From: Bacteroidales bacterium | GTDB lineage: Bacteria > Bacteroidota > Bacteroidia > Bacteroidales > 4484-276 | DNA length: 64,000 nucleotides | Reading direction: 5' to 3' | Assembly (NCBI GenBank): GCA_036794825.1 | Contig: DAIRGA010000012.1 | Location: 60,489 to 124,488, forward strand | Shown: piece by piece, positions 59,385 to 64,000 of the stretch | Position numbering within the stretch: position 1 is the first letter of the stretch | Layout of the letters: each line of letters starts with the position of its first letter | Program-made: the position numbers and the translations under genes | Notes under the pieces: model-generated | What the model saw: the letters and a program-made list of their open reading frames with translations, nothing else | Told to the model about the DNA's origin: nothing | Database searches by the model: none

Positions 59385-59497
59385 TTTACGATGCCGGAAG
59401 TCCTGCTGCTTGCGACGGGCGCCTGGTCAACCCATCAGCGATCCATCAGTTCTCAATAATTTACTAATTTGCGCCCCTTTTCTAAAAGGCAGATTTA

Positions 59498-60718
59498 GTG
59501 AATAAGAAACTTCAAGATATAAGAGGTCAGTTTCCGGTACTGGAACGGCAGATCTATGGCAGGCCATTCGCATATTTCGACAATGCTGCCACCACGCAGA
59601 AGCCCATGAGGGTAATTGACCGGCTGAAAAAGTATTACGAATCAGAAAACAGCAACGTTCACCGCGGCGTGCATTTTCTCAGTCAGGAAGCTACCTCAGC
59701 CTTTGAGCAGGCAAGGATCAGAATTTCAGGATTTATAAATGCCGCATCGCCTTCCGAAATCATCTTTACCAAAGGCACCACCGAATCCATCAACCTGGTG
59801 GCCAATGCTTATGGCAATAAATTTCTCGGCAAAGACGACGAAATCCTGATCACCTGGATGGAACATCACAGCAATATTGTGCCCTGGCAGTTGCTTTGCG
59901 AACGAACGGGCACCAGGCTAAAAGTTTGTCCGGTGACGCGGTCGGGTGAGCTGATCGCGGAGACTTTTGAACAGTTGCTCAGCGAGCGTACAAAGCTGGT
60001 TGCGTTTACCCATGTATCCAACGCCCTCGGAACTATCAACCCGGTAAAAGAAATCATTGCCAAAGTCCGAAAAACAGGCGCTGTTGTATTACTCGACGGT
60101 GCGCAGGCAGTTTCGCACATGGAGGTAGACGTCAGGGATCTGGATTGCGATTTTTATTGCTTTTCGGGTCACAAGATGTATGGCCCAATGGGGATTGGTG
60201 TGCTTTACGGAAAAGAGACATTGCTCGAAAAAATGGAACCTTACCAGGGTGGAGGTGAGATGATCGCGACCGTAACTTTCGAAAAAACCACCTACAACCA
60301 GTTACCTTTTAAGTTCGAAGCCGGAACACCTAATGTATCCGGGGTGCTGGGGCTGGAAGCTGCATTGACATTTATCGAAGAAACCGGATTCGAATTCATT
60401 AAAAATCAGGAAGATGACCTGCTGAATTATGGAACTGGAAGCCTCAGCGAAATAGAGGGAATTTTGTTCTACGGCCAGGCAAGAAGCAAAGCCGGAGTAA
60501 TTTCATTCAATATCGAAGGGATTCACCCGTATGATATCGGCACACTAATGGACAAAATGGGTGTTGCGGTGCGTACTGGTCATCTTTGCACTCAACCATT
60601 GGTGGATTTCTTTGGAATCCAGGGCTTTATCCGGGCATCATTCGCCGTTTACAATACGCGCAGTGAAATTGATTTGCTCTGCGAAGCAATCAAAAAGTCG
60701 CGGGATATGTTATTGTAA
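59498..60718 (+). CDS. sufS: Cysteine desulfurase SufS
   Basis: YFDNAATTQKP, NVHRG, EHHSNIVPW, FSGHKMYGP.GIG, FEAGTP, VRTGHLC; GTG start. Confidence 0.95.
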   Translation: MNKKLQDIRGQFPVLERQIYGRPFAYFDNAATTQKPMRVIDRLKKYYESENSNVHRGVHFLSQEATSAFEQARIRISGFINAASPSEIIFTKGTTESINLVANAYGNKFLGKDDEILITWMEHHSNIVPWQLLCERTGTRLKVCPVTRSGELIAETFEQLLSERTKLVAFTHVSNALGTINPVKEIIAKVRKTGAVVLLDGAQAVSHMEVDVRDLDCDFYCFSGHKMYGPMGIGVLYGKETLLEKMEPYQGGGEMIATVTFEKTTYNQLPFKFEAGTPNVSGVLGLEAALTFIEETGFEFIKNQEDDLLNYGTGSLSEIEGILFYGQARSKAGVISFNIEGIHPYDIGTLMDKMGVAVRTGHLCTQPLVDFFGIQGFIRASFAVYNTRSEIDLLCEAIKKSRDMLL

Positions 60719-61179
60719 TGATTAAAAATTTGACAATGAATGCAATAGAAGAAAAAGGATTACAACTTGTCGGTGAATTTAGCCTCTTTGGCGACTGGCT
60801 CGAAAAGTACAATTACCTGATCGAAATGGGTAAAGATTTGCCTATAATTGACCCGAAATACAAAATCAAAAACAACCTCATCACCGGCTGCCAGTCGAAT
60901 GTGTGGCTGCATGCCGAGTTCAGGGATGGCCGCGTCTATTTTACCGCCGACAGTGATGCAGTGATTACCAAAGGCATCGTAAACCTGCTGATAAAAGCGC
61001 TTTCGGGAGCAACGCCGGAGGAGATCATCAACGCTAATCTCGGGTTTATTGATGAGATCGGGCTGAAGGAACATCTTTCGCCAACAAGGTCTAATGGACT
61101 GGTTTCGATGATAAAACAAATGAAACTATATGCACTTGTTTTTAAAACCAAAACTGAAGCGAAGGAGGAGCAGGCATGA
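60718..61179 (+). CDS. sufE: Fe-S sulfur acceptor SufE
   Basis: ITGCQSNVW, ADSDA.I.KG, LSPTRSNGL.SM. Confidence 0.95.
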   Translation: MIKNLTMNAIEEKGLQLVGEFSLFGDWLEKYNYLIEMGKDLPIIDPKYKIKNNLITGCQSNVWLHAEFRDGRVYFTADSDAVITKGIVNLLIKALSGATPEEIINANLGFIDEIGLKEHLSPTRSNGLVSMIKQMKLYALVFKTKTEAKEEQA

Positions 61180-61499
61180 GTGAAATGACACACAAAAATG
61201 AGATCAGAGAGCATATCATCGAGCAACTCAGGACGATTTTTGATCCTGAAATTCCAGTGAATATCTATGAACTTGGTCTCATTTACGAAATCAATATTTC
61301 GGATGATAACCGGGTTCATGTGCTGATGACGCTAACCTCGCCCAATTGTCCGGCAGCCGAGAGTTTGCCGATGGAGGTCAACATGAAGGTTCTGGGAGTA
61401 AAGGGCGTGACCGGCGTTGATGTGGAACTCACTTTCGAGCCACCCTGGGACGAGGATATGCTATCGGACGAGGCAAAACTGGAGTTGGGAATGTTTTAA
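61176..61499 (+). CDS. sufT: DUF59 / SufT Fe-S assembly protein
   Basis: DPEIPVNIYELGLIY, MTLTSPNCPAA, FEPPW. Confidence 0.9.
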   Translation: MSEMTHKNEIREHIIEQLRTIFDPEIPVNIYELGLIYEINISDDNRVHVLMTLTSPNCPAAESLPMEVNMKVLGVKGVTGVDVELTFEPPWDEDMLSDEAKLELGMF

Positions 61500-61609
61500 A
61501 TGAAAATCCGCGGATGTTTCCGATGACTGATTATAGTCCTGATAAACAGAAACATAAAGAGTTGTTTTATTGAAATTGCCTGCTTTTAGAACAATTTTGA
61601 AGTTGAATT

Positions 61610-63535
61610 ATGGATGAAAAATCCCCGAAATATTTACCCATCATCAATTCCCCGGCTGACCTGAAAAAGCTGGAGGATTCATCACTTCCAGCGGTTTGTG
61701 AGGAATTGAGGGAATTTATTATTGATGCCGTTTCTTGCAATCCGGCTCACCTCGGCGCAAGCCTCGGCGTGGTGGAGCTCACGGTATCGCTGCATTATGT
61801 GTTCAACGCTCCCGATGATAAAATCATATGGGATGTTGGCCACCAGGCCTATGGCCACAAGATTCTTACCGGCAGGCGCGATGTTTTCCATTCCAATCGT
61901 AAACAGCATGGCATCAGTGGATTTCCAAAAATGTCAGAAAGCGAATACGATGCATTCGGGGTGGGGCACTCTTCCACTTCGATATCTGCAGCATTGGGAA
62001 TGGCTGTTGCAGCCCGGATGAGAGGCATTAACGACCGGCATCATATTGCTGTGATCGGCGACGGCGCCATGACCGGTGGTATGGCCATCGAAGCCCTGAA
62101 TAATGCCGGCGTAAACAATCCTAATTTGCTCATCATCCTGAACGACAACGGAATTGCCATTGATAAAAACGTTGGTGCAATAAAGGATTACCTGGCCAAC
62201 ATTGTGACATCGAAGACTTATAACCGGCTGAAAGACAAAGTTTGGCGGTTGCTCGGCGGTGGAACGAAATACGGCGCTAACACCCGCGCCATTGTAAAGC
62301 AGGTGGGAAACGCGGTAAAAGGCAGCATCCTCGGACGAAGCAATCTTTTCGAAGCGTTCAATTTCCGCTATTTTGGACCGGTGGATGGAAATGATGTCCT
62401 GCGTTTGACCAAGTTGCTGCGCGACATAAAGAATATTCCCGGCCCAAAGTTGCTGCATATCATCACAACCAAAGGAAAGGGGCTGGAAATCGCTGAAAAA
62501 CAACCGGTTATATACCATGCTCCGCCATCTACCTTCAACAAGAAAACGGGTGAACTCACTGAAACCGAACCCTGCGATCATGTTCAGCCCCCAAAATATC
62601 AGGTGGTTTTTGGCAAAACCATGATCGAGCTGGCCGAACTGAATCCAAAAATCATCGGAATCACTCCGGCAATGCCCAGCGGTTGTTCACTCGATATGAT
62701 GATGAACAAAATGCCGCACCGCACTTTTGATGTCGGAATTGCAGAGCAGCACGCCGTTACGTTTGCCGCCGGAATGGCTGCCGAAGGATTTTTACCGTTC
62801 TGCAACATCTACTCCACCTTCATGCAGCGTGCTTACGACCAGGTGATCCATGATGTGGCGTTACAAAATTTAAATGTCGTTTTCTGCCTCGACCGTGCCG
62901 GGCTTGTTGGCGAGGATGGCCCCACACATCATGGCGCTTTCGACCTGGCCTATCTGCGCACAGTGCCGGGTATGACCATTTGTGCTCCGATGAACGAGCA
63001 GGAGCTGCGAAATATGATGTTCACCGCTCAGCTGAAAGATAAAGGTCCGTTTGCCATCAGGTATCCTAAAGGCAGAGGAACCATACCAAAATGGAAAACC
63101 CCGTTCGAAGAACTTGAAGTGGGTAAAGGACGCATACTCCGGCAGGGTAAAGACCTTGCCATAATCTCCATAGGACATATTGGTAATGAGGTTGTTAAAG
63201 CTATCAACGTGCTCCAAAAAGAGGGGCTATCTGCATTTCATGCAGATATCAGATTTTTAAAACCATTGGATAAATCCCTGCTTATCAGTGTTTTTCAAAA
63301 TTTCGAAAATATCATAACTGTCGAAGATGGTGTTATCACAGGCGGGCTGGGTTCTGCAGTGCTCGAACTGATGAATGATGAAGGATACCATCGTAAAGTG
63401 ATAAGGCTTGGTATTCCTGACCGTTTCATCGAACATGGAGACCGGCAACAGCTCTGGAAAGACTGTGGCTATGATGAAACTGGAATTTGCAGTGCTGCAC
63501 GTATTCTTGCCGGAAAACAAATAATTTCAGTATGA
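61610..63535 (+). CDS. dxs: 1-deoxy-D-xylulose-5-phosphate synthase
   Basis: HLGASLGVVEL, WDVGHQAYGHK, GHSSTSISA, IGDGAMTGG, DVGIAEQHAV, YSTFMQRAYDQ, DGPTHHG. Confidence 0.97.
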   Translation: MDEKSPKYLPIINSPADLKKLEDSSLPAVCEELREFIIDAVSCNPAHLGASLGVVELTVSLHYVFNAPDDKIIWDVGHQAYGHKILTGRRDVFHSNRKQHGISGFPKMSESEYDAFGVGHSSTSISAALGMAVAARMRGINDRHHIAVIGDGAMTGGMAIEALNNAGVNNPNLLIILNDNGIAIDKNVGAIKDYLANIVTSKTYNRLKDKVWRLLGGGTKYGANTRAIVKQVGNAVKGSILGRSNLFEAFNFRYFGPVDGNDVLRLTKLLRDIKNIPGPKLLHIITTKGKGLEIAEKQPVIYHAPPSTFNKKTGELTETEPCDHVQPPKYQVVFGKTMIELAELNPKIIGITPAMPSGCSLDMMMNKMPHRTFDVGIAEQHAVTFAAGMAAEGFLPFCNIYSTFMQRAYDQVIHDVALQNLNVVFCLDRAGLVGEDGPTHHGAFDLAYLRTVPGMTICAPMNEQELRNMMFTAQLKDKGPFAIRYPKGRGTIPKWKTPFEELEVGKGRILRQGKDLAIISIGHIGNEVVKAINVLQKEGLSAFHADIRFLKPLDKSLLISVFQNFENIITVEDGVITGGLGSAVLELMNDEGYHRKVIRLGIPDRFIEHGDRQQLWKDCGYDETGICSAARILAGKQIISV

Positions 63536-64000
63536 GCTGGTTCGAGATAATTTCCCTCACAATTTCAGGGTTGTTGGCCGGATTTGTAAATACGCTTGCC
63601 GGCGGTGGTTCGATTGTCTCTTTCTCGGTGCTTATCATGCTCGGTTTGCCCCCGGCGGTAGCCAACGGCACCAACCGTATCAATGTCCTAATCCAGACCA
63701 TTACCGCCACTTCAAGTTTCAAACACCAAAAAGTACTTGACACACGCAAGGCGCTTTGGCTGGGTATTCCGGCGATGCTTGGCTCCATTGCCGGCGCATG
63801 GATTGCCGCCGACATCAATCAGATCATCTTCGAAAGAGCAGTGGGTGTGATTTTGCTCCTCATGCTGGTTTTCATTCTTTACAACCCAGATGCATGGGTC
63901 AAAGGACGAAAAGACCTGGTTGAAGCCAAAGTAAACTGGAAACAGATTGTCATTTTTTTCCTTATCGGTGTGTATGGTGGCTTTATCCAAATCGGGGTTG
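63532..64000 (+). CDS. Sulfite exporter TauE/SafE (TSUP) family protein, partial (runs off the window; absent from the ORF track)
   Basis: Manual translation from the ATGA overlap with dxs: MSWFEII...AGFVNTLAGGGS...LGLPPAVANGTNR...GVYGGFIQIGV. Confidence 0.88.
   Translation, partial: MSWFEIISLTISGLLAGFVNTLAGGGSIVSFSVLIMLGLPPAVANGTNRINVLIQTITATSSFKHQKVLDTRKALWLGIPAMLGSIAGAWIAADINQIIFERAVGVILLLMLVFILYNPDAWVKGRKDLVEAKVNWKQIVIFFLIGVYGGFIQIGV

Overview
64-kb chromosomal segment of a Bacteroidota bacterium, probably an anaerobic Bacteroidales. The evidence is TAnnTTTG -7 promoter boxes, T9SS C-terminal sorting domains, gldD/gldE, Bacteroidota-type SpeA and PurF, and an mce-mmd Na+-decarboxylase cluster. 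Most of the window is housekeeping: polA, ROK kinase, tatC, gcdH-mce-mmdADCB, udk, ppx, tRNA-Val, speA, gldD-gldE-ssb, malY/patB, purF, sufS-sufE-sufT and dxs. It also holds a CheR/CheB plus hybrid-kinase chemosensory-like cluster and several large secreted proteins (M6 and C25 proteases, a GH-A enzyme with 9 PKD domains, a Kelch protein, a TolB-like/Omp85 protein). The most striking part is the first 4.2 kb. It encodes a hexaheme cytochrome c lipoprotein, a heptaheme ImcH-like inner-membrane quinol dehydrogenase and a T9SS-targeted DUF2271 protein carrying a DAITGAT flavinylation motif, together a candidate extracellular electron-transfer module. Two families of ~140-160 bp intergenic miniature inverted-repeat elements are each present twice; one pair brackets polA and one copy has a 6-bp target-site duplication. 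No CRISPR array, rRNA, transposase or integrase was seen. All family assignments come from motif recognition by eye; no database searches were run.
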